From: Chiloscyllium plagiosum
Taxonomy: Eukaryota
Assembly: GCF_004010195.1 (NCBI RefSeq)
Contig: NC_057718.1
Location: 61,358,301 to 61,422,300 of the forward strand
Direction: 5' to 3'
Length of the DNA: 64,000 nucleotides
Shown here in pieces: positions 36,820-49,100 of this stretch (the first letter of the stretch is position 1; each line of letters starts with the position of its first letter). A program made the translations under genes and the position numbers. The notes under the pieces were generated by a model. The model ran no database searches, was not told the origin of the DNA, and saw only the letters and a list, made by a program, of their open reading frames with translations.

Positions 36820-36894
36820 GAGGTGGAATGATAATATCACTGAGCTAGTAATCCAGGCACCTAGAATAATGCTCTGGGGGTTTGAGTTCAAATC
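36820..36894 (+). mobile_element. SINE tRNA-like head, cut off immediately after the B box
   Basis: CTAGTAATCCAG...GAGTTCAAATC, similar to the head of the 16595-16910 family. Confidence 0.55.
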
Positions 36895-39024
36895 AAAGGG
36901 AAATATAATAGAAACAAAAAGGTTTAATGAAAAAGACTGGCAGCTAACACATAGGGGAAACTCAAAGGGGAAACAAGCACACCAAAATAAAAAGTGTGAT
37001 AATAAAAAGGAGTAGGCAAAAGTGATGACTGCAGATGCTAGAAACCAGAGTTTCGGTCAGAGTGGTGCTGGAAAAGCTCAGCAGGTCAGGCAGCTGAAGT
37101 GTTTAATGTGAACAGCAAGGAGCCAATGACACAATTTGAAAGGAACATTTAGTGGGCAAGCCAACATTTCTATGGATGACAAAGGAGATAGAAATTAAAT
37201 TAAAGAAGCTATTATGATAGATGTTAAATAATAAGTTCAACTGAGAACCAAGCTGAATATGTAAGGCTCAGGAGAGAAGTAAAGGGAAATATAATAGAAA
37301 CAAAAAGGTTTAATGAAAAAGACTGGCAGCTAACACATAGGGGAAACTCAAAGGGGAAACAAGCACACCAAAATAAAAAGTGTGATAATAAAAAGGAGTA
37401 GGCAAAAGTGATGACTGCAGATGCTAGAAACCAGAGTTTCGGTCAGAGTGGTGCTGGAAAAGCTCAGCAGGTCAGGCAGCTGAAGTGTTTAATGTGAACA
37501 GCAAGGAGCCAATGACACAATTTGAAAGGAACATTTAGTGGGCAAGCCAACATTTCTATGGATGACAAAGGAGATAGAAATTAAATTAAAGAAGCTATTA
37601 TGATAGATGTTAAATAATAAGTTCAACTGAGAACCAAGCTGAATATGTAAGGCTCAGGAGAGAAGTAAAGGGAAATATAATAGAAACAAAAAGGTTTAAT
37701 GAAAAAGACTGGCAGCTAACACATAGGGGAAACTCAAAGGGGAAACAAGCACACCAAAATAAAAAGTGTGATAATAAAAAGGAGTAGGCAAAAGTGATGA
37801 CTGCAGATGCTAGAAACCAGAGTTTCGGTCAGAGTGGTGCTGGAAAAGCTCAGCAGGTCAGGCAGCTGAAGTGTTTAATGTGAACAGCAAGGAGCCAATG
37901 ACACAATTTGAAAGGAACATTTAGTGGGCAAGCCAACATTTCTATGGATGACAAAGGAGATAGAAATTAAATTAAAGAAGCTATTATGATAGATGTTAAA
38001 TAATAAGTTCAACTGAGAACCAAGCTGAATATGTAAGGCTCAGGAGAGAAGTAAAGGGAAATATAATAGAAACAAAAAGGTTTAATGAAAAAGACTGGCA
38101 GCTAACACATAGGGGAAACTCAAAGGGGAAACAAGCACACCAAAATAAAAAGTGTGATAATAAAAAGGAGTAGGCAAAAGTGATGACTGCAGATGCTAGA
38201 AACCAGAGTTTCGGTCAGAGTGGTGCTGGAAAAGCTCAGCAGGTCAGGCAGCTGAAGTGTTTAATGTGAACAGCAAGGAGCCAATGACACAATTTGAAAG
38301 GAACATTTAGTGGGCAAGCCAACATTTCTATGGATGACAAAGGAGATAGAAATTAAATTAAAGAAGCTATTATGATAGATGTTAAATAATAAGTTCAACT
38401 GAGAACCAAGCTGAATATGTAAGGCTCAGGAGAGAAGTAAAGGGAAATATAATAGAAACAAAAAGGTTTAATGAAAAAGACTGGCAGCTAACACATAGGG
38501 GAAACTCAAAGGGGAAACAAGCACACCAAAATAAAAAGTGTGATAATAAAAAGGAGTAGGCAAAAGTGATGACTGCAGATGCTAGAAACCAGAGTTTCGG
38601 TCAGAGTGGTGCTGGAAAAGCTCAGCAGGTCAGGCAGCTGAAGTGTTTAATGTGAACAGCAAGGAGCCAATGACACAATTTGAAAGGAACATTTAGTGGG
38701 CAAGCCAACATTTCTATGGATGACAAAGGAGATAGAAATTAAATTAAAGAAGCTATTATGATAGATGTTAAATAATAAGTTCAACTGAGAACCAAGCTGA
38801 ATATGTAAGGCTCAGGAGAGAAGTAAAGGGAAATATAATAGAAACAAAAAGGTTTAATGAAAAAGACTGGCAGCTAACACATAGGGGAAACTCAAAGGGG
38901 AAACAAGCACACCAAAATAAAAAGTGTGATAATAAAAAGGAGTAGGCAAAAGTGAGGACTGCAGATGCTAGAAACCAGAGTTTAGGTCAGAGTGGTGCTG
39001 GAAAAGCTCAGCAGGTCAGGCAGC
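36895..39024 (+). repeat. Tandem array, 386-bp unit x ~5.5
   Basis: AAAGGGAAATATAATAG recurs at 36895, 37281, 37667, 38053, 38439, 38825 (exact 386 spacing); unit = CR1 ORF2 remnant + part of a PLE arm. Confidence 0.97.
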
Positions 39025-39234
39025 ATCAGAGGAGCAGGAAAATCAACATTTCGAGCAAAAGCCCTTCATCAGAAATAGAGGCAGGGTGCCTCCAGGGTGG
39101 AGAGATAAAATTTTCTCTCTCCACCCTGGAGGCTCCCTCCCTCTATTCCTGATGAAGGGCCTTTGCCCGAAATGTCGATTTTCCTGCTCCTCGGATGCTG
39201 CCTGACCTGCTGAGCTTTTCCAGCAACACTGATC
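38947..39234. mobile_element. PLE-derived fold-back mini-insertion with 14-bp TSD
   Basis: ~120-bp inverted arms 38991-39110 / 39111-39230 with no spacer; TSD TAAAAAGGA(G/A)TAGG at 38933-38946 and 39235-39248. Confidence 0.9.
39149..39176 (+). ncRNA. Minimal hammerhead-like core (variant)
   Basis: CTGATGA-A-GGGC(CTTT)GCCC-GAAA-TGTC. Confidence 0.55.
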
Positions 39235-41035
39235 TAAAAAGGAATAGGGTTGATTAGGGACTCAAAAAAGAGGATTTACATATGGCAGCAAGATGCATAA
39301 CTGAGGTGTAAAACAAACACTTTGCTCTGCCTTTACTAAGGAAGGAGATGATACCTAAGCTGGGTGGCAGGGATGGAATCTCAAGAAGGGTTTAAAATTG
39401 GTAAAGAGGAGGATTTGGGTAAGCTGTCGATATTAAACTTTATAAGGCACCAGGATCAGATCCCATTGATCCAAGGATATTGACAAGGAAACGAGAATGT
39501 GAATTGCAGAATCATATGCAATTATCTTTCAATCATTTCTAGATTCAGGGTGGTGCTGGAAGACTGGAGAATTGAAAACATTAAGCCCTTGTTCAAAAAA
39601 GGTTGTAACGAGAAGCCCAGTAATTACTAACCAGTCAACTTAACATCGATGGTGGAGAAACAATTATTTGGATAGAATTAATAGACACAAAAAATATTTA
39701 GAAGAGTTAGCATGATTGGTTAGGAGAAAATGAGGCCTAGCTAACTGGCTGGACCTTTTGGAAAGCGTGACAGAGTGTGTTGATGATGCAAGGCTGTTGG
39801 CGAGGTTTACATGGATTTTCCAAAATGCATTGGATAGAATAGCCACAACAGACTGTTGAGAAATGTTACAGGCTATGGAGAAAAATGGACAACAACAACA
39901 TGGGTACAAAATTGGCTGGGAAAGCACAGCAGGTCAGGCCACATCCAAGGAGCAAGAGAATTGACGTTTTGGGCATAAGGATTTCATCTGGAATTCCCTT
40001 CAGGAACACACTCTCGACTCTGATCTCCACCATCTGCAGTCCTCACTTTCTCAGAATACAAAATTGGCTGAATGACAGGAAACAAACAGTAATGGCTCAT
40101 GGGTATTTTTCAGCTGGAGGGCGGAGTTTTCAGGTGTCCATAATGCAATCCTTGCTTTTCCTGATAAATCATCCAGGGCTCGTTGTGCAGGAGACAATTT
40201 CAAAATGGTAAGAATGTTAAACTGAGAGGAGTTACCTGTAATGTAAAAAAGGTATTGACAAAGTGGCAGAGTGACGAAGTGGTCAATGCAGCAAAGTCTG
40301 AGGTTAGTCACTTTGATAGAAAGAATATGGAGGAATATTGTTTAAAAGGGGTACAAATTGCAAAACTCATGCAGGACTAAAGAGGTCTGTGTATTTATGT
40401 GTATCAGTCAATAGAGGTGGCAGGTAGAGAGAGCCACAAAGAGAGCAGGCTGTATTATAAGTATAAGTAATAAGTGCAAAGAATACACGAGCAGAGTAAT
40501 TATGATGAACTTATATAAGACACTAGTTAGACCTCAGGTGGAATATTGTGTATATTTCTGGGCACTACCTGATAGGAAGGATGTGAATATGTTAGAGAAA
40601 GTGTAGAAGATGTTTACGAGAATAGTTCTATGGATGAGAAATGTGAGCTGTGAAGTTGGACTAATGAAGTTTAGATGGATCTCTTCAAAGAAGAGAAGGC
40701 TGAGGGGGAAGTGTTTAAAATCACAAGAATTCAGGATAGGTAGATAAGGAGGATCTGTGGCTGGGTATAAGAGGATCCAAAACCTCTTTAAAGTTTTAAA
40801 ATGTTTGCAAAAGAAGCAAACACAAACTGAAAGATAAAATCATTTTAAAGCAATTGGTTTGAGGTTTGAATGCACTGCCTGTCAATGTGGTGAGGTAAGT
40901 TTAAGAAGGAATTGGATGATTATTTAAATGTAACCAATATGCAGGGTTATAGGCGTATAGCACTAGGTGAAAATGGTCACAGTGCTGGTGCCAATTTGAT
41001 GGGCTGAATGGCTTCCTCCAGTATTCTGAATTCCT
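39235..41035 (+). mobile_element. Old CR1 ORF2 remnant (continuation of the sequence in the tandem unit)
   Basis: LEDWRIENIKPLFKKGCNEKPSNY*PVNLTSMVEK at ~39557-39660; YMDFPKCI; LYKTLVRPQVEYCV at ~40510-40552. Confidence 0.85.
39919..40056. mobile_element. PLE-derived mini-insertion (inverted arm + terminus) with 14-bp TSD
   Basis: TSD TACAAAATTGGCTG at 39905-39918 and 40057-40070; ends in CTCTGATCTCCA.CATCTGCAG.CCTCACTTTCTC like 16408-16442. Confidence 0.85.
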
Positions 41036-41439
41036 TTTACAATAACTTCATTGATAATTTTGGAAAGAGCTTCATACAAATCAGATGTGTCCCATTCATT
41101 TGCTGCTGACATCCAAGAAATGACAGATGCACTGCAAGTGGGATCCCTCCAGCCCTGAACAACGTGGGCACTGGTGAAAAAGTTGGGATGAGATTCACAG
41201 GGAGGACCTTCCTGGCATCCAGAACAAAAAGTCCTAGTTTCCAAACAAGTTGCACAGCGATGGGCTATTTGTATGCATTAACATGTGTTAACATCCTCAT
41301 TATTATGCCACCTTGCAAAAGTTTCCAATTCTCCCATCCATTGCCTAGAAACTGGACAATGATAATTCCTGACATGGAAGTCAGAGCAGTAACCTAGTGC
41401 TTCCAGGTCACTACATGCTTCTCCAGCCCTCCAACAGTT

Positions 41440-41551
41440 ACTAACACCTTCGGGCATACTCCATGGGCAGCGACCACATGCAACCCTTATCCAGCAGGAT
41501 CTCCAGGTCTCCGCTGGCAAAGTAGGGTGGCAATTGCCCTCTGTCCACCAT
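41440..41551 (-). mobile_element. Harbinger-type Myb/SANT-like N-terminal remnant
   Basis: MVDRGQLPPYFASGDLEILLDKG within ORF 41441-41716, resembling the PxF(S)xxDLExLL start of MSANTD domains. Confidence 0.5.
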
Positions 41552-41984
41552 GTCTGGCGCTATTGACAAGAAACACACAAGGCAGCTGCGAATTGCCAGC
41601 CTTGGAACTGGTCCATATTTGGGCTTTAAGATGGTATCAGGAATCCAGGGAAATATTGGCAATGGCCATTTTTTCTGCCTGTAGAGAGTGGGAGAAAAGT
41701 ATAACTGAAATGTCATGGGGCTGTGGTGCGGAGGGAATGAACCAGGTTTGGGAAGATAGTGTAAGTAGACTGTCTAGGGCTTGCAGGGTGACAGCCTCTG
41801 AAATTTAACAAAAATATCACTTAGCTTATTTCCAGTAAGATTTAGCCATTTTCTTCATCATATATGAAGCACTATGAGATGTGACAAGAAATGTGGGAAG
41901 GAATTAAGTATAAATATGACTTTCACAATCTAAGTTCAAATTTCAAATGCAGCCCAAATAAATTGGATAAATATTCTAATAACA

Positions 41985-42500
41985 GTCATTTGCATTATTA
42001 TAGACCTTTTACATAAGAAATAAGAGTACAAGCAGACCATTTGGTTGAGGTCAGTTTTAGGGAGTGTTAAAGAGGGGAAATTGATGAGAACAGCAGTAAA
42101 ATAGTAAAGTCTAGAGGGAACAAAGGCAGGATGAGGATTTCATTAGCAGTTAATTGAGGCGGGATAATAATATCACTCAACAGGTTGATTAGGAAATACC
42201 TAGAATCAGGTAGTTTTGGAGCTAAGCAGGCAGTATTGGTGAAGAGAACGCATGTGGTCAGAAGCTCATTCAAGGCTGTGAACAATATAGCTTATCCTCA
42301 AACTGTTGCCATGGGGGCACTAGAGATTTGTGGTGCAGATCAAAGGAAATTGATGTTTCTATGTAGCAGTAGGGAATGTCAGGCAAACAGTTGGCCAAGT
42401 TAGGGACATTGGAGGAGAGCAGGCATATGTGGAGGAGCTAGGATTGGGTGCGGTCAGCATACAAGCTGACTCCGTTTTTACAAGGTTTTGCTAAGGGGCA
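41985..42500 (-). mobile_element. Old L2-clade LINE fragment
   Basis: GVSLYADRTQ (YADD-like) at the end of ORF 42438-42626; L2-like 3' region toward 41985. Confidence 0.6.
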
Positions 42501-43820
42501 GCATGTAGTTGAAAAATAGCAAGGGGAAAAACACAGGAATGATTTAGAGAAATCAAGCTGGATACTCAAGGACCATGGGGGAATATGGCTGTTGTGCACT
42601 AAATGTAAGAACAGCAAAAAGGACATTCCTTATATATCTGGTTCCCATGCTGCTATACATTTCAGAGAAAAAGGACAACAGTAATCTCTATCAGAAAGGT
42701 TGACTGATATGACAATTGTAAACCGCACATTCATGCAGTTTGGACAATAGGTTCTGAGGCTGCCGTGTAGATATTGACCTGGCATCTACTCTCCCTGCCT
42801 TGGGAATGGCTATGTGCCAAAATGGGAATGAACTCTTATTTCCCAGCCCACTTTAATGAGCACATAATTCACTCCTCCCACATTTTTATTATTTTAAAGC
42901 ATACTTTTATAATGGATCCCAAAGAGCCTTATTAAAAGGAGGGTCTACTATATTAAATTAATACAATCATATTCATGCATTAAAGTATTAAATAAATTTA
43001 GCTAACTTAACAAATGAATTAAATTATAAAACAAAATTATTTCAGATGTGGGGGTTAAAGCTAATTCTCTTGTCGATGTCCCATTCAATTTATTCCGAAG
43101 GAAGCCTGTTCTGAAAAGAAAATGTTTTATAAAAATATAATTCTACAACTCATATGCATGATGCACACTTATAATAGCCTCATTCTTAACCTTTGCAAAT
43201 GATAATCTGTCAACCCTGGTCATCTAAATGGGTCAGTTAAGTTCCTCATTATTCGCTAAGTACTCGACTCCATACAATATAAATGTCAGATCTTTAAATT
43301 TTTAATACCGTTCTATTTTGTATATAAAATAGCACTTTCTAATTTTAGTTCTGTCACCGATTACTACCGCAAATTGATTAAAAATACCAGTGTATGGGTA
43401 ATTTGTTACTTGATCCGAGCATCTTGTGTGAAACATTGTAACAAGAAAGCATTGAATAGCATAAATAGTCACTTATATTTGAATATTTTACATTGGTCAG
43501 ATGACATATTGAACTAACCTTGTGCAGAATATAAACTGATTTAGACTAGCTTCGAAGATAATCACTGCTTGGTTCCAAAAATTGCACAAATCTAAGAGGA
43601 GAAACAGTGGGCGGAATATTCCTAGAGCCATGGAGTTATAGTTGTCGTCAGGACTAAGAGTAAAATCTGAAGATTGCTCATCAATTGGCTTGACCTGCCT
43701 CAGAGCTATTTTGTCAGAGACAGGGTCAGTACAATAGTAACCACCATGTCAGGCTTGTCTGCTGATTGAAGCCTGGCAGGAACCTCGATGTGGCCTTTCA
43801 GCAGTAAGGCAGAGAGGTAG

Positions 43821-44067
43821 CCTCAGGCGACTGACTGTGTGGAGTTTGCACGTTCTCCCCGTGTCTGCGTGGGTTTCCTCCGGGTGCTCCGGTTTCCTCC
43901 CACAGTCCAAAGATGTGCAGGTCAGGTGAATTGGCCATGCTAAATTGCCCATAGTGTTAGCTAAGGGGTAAATGTAGGGGTATGGGTGGGTTGCGCTTCG
44001 GCGGGGCGGTGTGGACTTGTTGGGCCGAAAGGCCTGTTTCCACACTGTAAGTAATCTAATCTAATCT
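43821..44067 (+). mobile_element. Young 5'-truncated HE1-like SINE
   Basis: Matches 24412-24662 but lacks the A/B boxes; possible TSD AGGTAG at 43815-43820 and 44068-44073. Confidence 0.95.
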
Positions 44068-45160
44068 AGGTAGTGACACTCCTTGCATCTTAAAGTTTCA
44101 AGAATAAGGCACAACGTCATGCAATCCTGTGGAAGGAAGTACCCTCCAAACTCATTGCCCAATAGCTGTGGTCTTCCTTCATTCTCAAAGGTGTTTACAA
44201 TTTTAATAAGACGTCCAAAAATGCACCCACCTTGAGACACAGTCGTGGTCATCAGTTTGCCTCAGCAACATTTGCCTATGTGAAGTGGACCTGCCCAGCT
44301 CTTTCCAGCTTCACACCCTTTAAATGTACTTTCTACTTTGAGAAAATGAAGGACAGTGAAGGCAGCCTCTGAAATAACTGTCATGCAGAAGGTTGCCATG
44401 CTGTGGCAACGATCAGGACCAACGATCGGAGATGGCAAGATTCGTATCAATATATCCCCATATCCGCTTTATGCATCACAGTTGTTTTATAGTTATCGGT
44501 TGAAAATCATAATTTCTAACCATGCCATCTATATAAATATATTTATTTGTAGTGCTTCAATTTCTGCTTAAAATGTTGCCGTTAATCAATGTGACTTATG
44601 GCACATGAACATAAACATAGATTATTGGGTTGAACAGCTGTATCTTTGAAGTAATTCTCAAATTTATCCCTTTTTAAGCCAGTCACGTGGATCACTGCTG
44701 GCAATTTAATCTTTTTTGTCACGGTAAGATCATGAATTGTTGCATGATTCTAGGACTTCATGAAGCCCGACACCTAATTACAATGCATAGGTCAGGCAAA
44801 TCAACCCCAAAAATGACATGCAAGGTTTCTGTATTTGCAGTTTTATATTTCCTTCATTCTTAGGTTTCTCTGTTTTATACACAACATTACAGCCAGACCT
44901 TACATGTATATAACGCTTAAGTGTCATAAAATGTCCCAAAGAACACATAGAAATGTTATCCGATGATATTGCTACCATGCCACATAAAACAGATGGGTGA
45001 CTAAAATCTTGGCCAAAGAGGTAGATTTAAAGAATGCCATGTTTACATCTTGTTCTCTGCTTCTTTAATATGGTATAGATTAGGGAGGATTGCCAGAGCT
45101 CAGGCCAAGAGATCTGAAGGCAGGGTCCCCAGTGATAAGTTGAGGCGACACCAGAGGTTA

Positions 45161-48100
45161 TAGAGACAGAGTCATAGAGATGTACAGCACGGAAACAAAC
45201 CCTTTGGTCCATCTCATCCATGCCGACCAGATATCCCAACCCAATCTAGTCCCATCTGCCTCCAAACCCTTCCTATTCATATATATTTTAAATGTTGCAA
45301 TTGTCCTAGCCTTTACCACTTCCTCTGGCAAATCATTACATACACAGATCGCTTTCTGCGTGAAAAAGTTGCCCCTTAGGTCTCTTTTATATCTTTCCCC
45401 CACTCACCCTAAACTTATGCTCTCTAGTTATGGACTTCCCCCACCCCAAGGAAAATACCCTGTCCATTCACCCTATCAAGTCCCTTCACAATTTTATAAA
45501 CCTCTATAAGGTCACCCCTCAGCCTCCAACGCTCCAGGGAAAACAGCCATACCCTGTTCAGCCTCTCCCTATAGCTCAATTCCTCCAACCCTGGCAACAA
45601 ATCTTTTCTGAACCCTTTCAAGTTTCACAACATCTTTCCGATAGGAAGGAGACCAGAATTTCACGCAATATTCCAAAAATGACCTGACCAATGTCCTGTA
45701 CAGCTGCAACATGACCTCCCAACTCCTGTATTCAATACTCTGACCAATAAAGGAAAGCATACCAAACACCGCCTTCACTATCCTATCTTCCTGTGACTCC
45801 ACTTTCAAGGAGCTATGAACTTGCACTCCAAGGTCTCTTTGTTCAGCAACACTCCCTAGGACCTTACCATTAAGTGTATAAGTCCTGTTATGATTTGCTT
45901 TCCCAAAATGCAGCATCTCACATTTATCGGAATTAAACTCCATCTGCCACTTCTCAGCCCATTGGCCCATCTGATCAAGATCCTGTTGTAATCTGAGGTA
46001 ACCTTCTTTACCATCCACTACACCTCTAATTTTCGTGTCAACTGAAAACTTACTAACTATACCTCTTGTGCTCACATCCAAATCATTTATATAAATGAGG
46101 AAAAATGGTGGACCCAGCACCGATCCTTGTGGGACTCCACTGGTCACAGGCCTCCAGTCTGAAAAACAACCCACCATCACCCTCTGTCTTCTACCTTTGA
46201 GCCAGTTCTGTATCCAAATGACTAGTTCTCCCTGTATTCCAGAAATCTAATCTAGCAAACCAGTCTCCCATGGGGAACCTTGTTGAACGTCTTACTGAAG
46301 TCCATATAGATCACATCTACCACTCTGCCCTCATCAATCCTCTTTGTTACTTCTTCAAAACACACAGTTAAGTTTGTGAGCCATGCATAAAACCATGTTG
46401 ACTATCCCTATTCAGTCTTTGCTTTTCGAAATACATCTTGTCCCTCAGGATTCCCTCCATCAACTTTCCCACCACTGACATCAGGCTCACTGGTCTATAA
46501 TTCCCTGACTGTCTTTACCACCTTTCTTAAATAGTGGCATCACGTTAGCCAACCTCCAGTCTTCCGGCACCTCACCTGTGACTATCGATGATACTAAATA
46601 TCTCAGTAAGGAGCCCAGCGATCACTTCCCTAGCTTCCCACAGAGGTCTAGGGTACACGTGATCAGGTCCAGGGGATTTATCCACTTATGCATTTCAAGC
46701 CATCCAGCACTCTCTTTTTTGCAAAATGGACATTTTTCAAGGTGTCACCATCTATTTCCCTACATTCTATATCTTCCATATCCTATTCGACAGTAAATAC
46801 TGATGCAAAATACTCGTTTGATATCTCCATCTCTTGCAGCTGCACACAAAGGCCGCCTTGCTGATGTTTGAGGGGCTCAATTCTCTTCCTTTGTTACCCT
46901 TTTGTCCTTAATGTATTTGTAAAAACCCTTTGGATTCTTCTTAACTCTAGTTGCCAAAGCTATCTCTTGTCCCCTTTTTGCCCTCCTGATTTCCCTCTTA
47001 AGTACACTCCTACTTCCTTTATACTCTAAGGATTCACTCGATCTACCCTGTCTATACCTGACATATGCTTCCTTCTTTTTCTTAACCAATCCCTCAATTT
47101 CTTTAGTCATCCAGCATTTCCTATACCTACCAGCTTTTCCTTTCACCCTAACAAGAATATACTTTCTCTGGACTGTCATTATCTCATTTCTGAAGGCTTC
47201 CCATTTTCCAGCCATCCCTTTACCTGCAAATATCTGCGCCCAATCAGCTTTTGAAAGTTCTTGCCTAATACCATCAAAACTGGCCTTTCTCTAATTTAGA
47301 AATTCAATTTTTAGATCTGGTCTATCCTTTTCCATCACTATTTTAAAACTAATTGAATTATAGCCACTGGCCCCTTATTCACCTGCCCTGCCTTATTTCC
47401 CAAGAGCAGGTCAAGTGTTGCACCTTCTCTAGTAGGTACATTCAGACACTGAATCAGAAAATTTTCTAGTACACACTTAACAAATTCCTCTCCATCTAAA
47501 CCCTTAACACTATGCCAGTCCCAGTCTGTCTGGAAAATTAAAGTCCCGTACCATTACCACCCTATTATTCGTACAGATAGCGGAGATCTCCTTGTTTGTT
47601 TCTCAATTTCCCTCTGACTATTAGGGTTCTATAATACAATCCCAATAAGGTGATTATCCCTTTCTTCTTTCTCAGTTCCACCCAAATAACTTCCCTGGAT
47701 GTATTTCCAAGAATATCCTCCCTCAGTACAGCTGTAATGCTATCCCTTATCAAAAACATCACTCCCCTTCCTCTCTTGCCTCCCTTTCTGTCCTTCCCGT
47801 ACCATTTGTATCCTGGAACATCAAGCTGCCGGTCTTGTCTCTGAGCCATGTTTCTGTAATTGTTATCTTATCCCGGTCCCATGTTCCTAACCATGCCCTG
47901 AGTTCATCTGCCTTCCCAGTTAGGCCTCTTGCATTGAAATAAATGCAGATTAATTTGTCAGCCCTACCTTGTTCTCTGCTTTGTCCCTGCCTGCCCTGAC
48001 TGTTTGACTCGCTTCTTTTCTCAACTGTACCAGTCTCAGATTGATCTCTTTCCTCACTATCTCCCTGGGCCCCACCTCCACCCCTCCCCTCCCCCCCTCC

Positions 48101-49100
48101 ACCTTACTAATTTAAATCCTCCTGAACAGCTCTAACAAATCTCCCTGCCAGTATATTAGTCCCCTTCCAATTTAGGTGCAATCCGTCCTTCTTGTACAGG
48201 TCACTTCTGCCCCAAAAACAACTTCCAATGATCCAAAAATGTGAATCCTTCTCCTATACATCAGCTCCTCAGCCATGCATTCATCTGCTCTATCCTCCTA
48301 TTCCTGCCCTCACTAGCTCATAGCACCGGGAGTAATCCAGATATTACTAGTCTCGAAGACCTTCTTTTTAAATTCCTACCTAACTCTCTGTAATCGCCCT
48401 TCAGAATCTCAACCTTTTCCCTTCCTGTCGTGGGTTCGAATGTGTACAATGACCTCTTGCTGGCCCCTCTCCCCCTTGAGAACATTCTGCACCCTCTGAG
48501 GCATCATGATCCTGACACCAGGGAGGCAACACACCATTCTGATTTTTCACTGCTGGCCACAGAAACGTCTGTCTGTACCTTGGACTAAAGAGCCCCCGAA
48601 CACAATCAATCGCTTGGAACCCGATGTACATTTCATTACATTAGAGTCAGTCACAATACCAGAAACTTGGCTGTTTGTGCTGCATTCCCCTAAGAATCCA
48701 TCACTCCTGTACATTTTCCAAAACAGTGTACTTGTTTGAAATGGGGGTAGCCACAGAAGACTCCTGCACTACCTGCCTACCTCTATTATCTTTTCTGGGG
48801 TTAACCCATCTATGGGACTGAATCTGCGACTTTTCCCTCTTCCTATAATTGCCATCCATCACATGCCCTTGTTCTTGTAAATTCTTCATTGCCTTTAACT
48901 GCCTCTGCAACCGATCTATTCAATATGATAGGATTCGCAACCGACGGCATTTATTGCAGATATAATCCTCAGTAACCCATAAACTCTCCCTAATCTCCCA
49001 CATCTGACAAGAAGAGCATATCACTAAGGGCCATTTTTGCTTCTTTCAATCAAAGACCAGAAAATAGCACTGTCTTATTCCTTTCCAAAATACTGCTCCA
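45161..49100 (-). mobile_element. Near full-length (~3.9 kb) CR1/HER1-like LINE, non-functional
   Basis: ORF1 remnants (CSSCQMWE..YICNKC zinc finger, coiled coil, CCLPG SGNH/esterase-like part, ~48100-49034); ORF2 endonuclease (47565-47849), 46877-47215, and RT GVPQGSVLGP / SKFSVDTK (45569-46180); (CTATGACT) tail; many frameshifts. Flanked on both sides by L2-like sequence (~44990-45160, ~49110-49280). Confidence 0.95.

Noticed and set aside
36895..39024. Tandem array as a retrozyme multimer or CRISPR-like array
   Set aside because: The unit stops before the hammerhead core and I found no CTGANGA...GAAA core in it on either strand; units are identical with no unique spacers; the context is eukaryotic
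45569..46180. Functional reverse transcriptase
   Set aside because: The catalytic FADD is changed to FSVD and the ORF is broken by frameshifts
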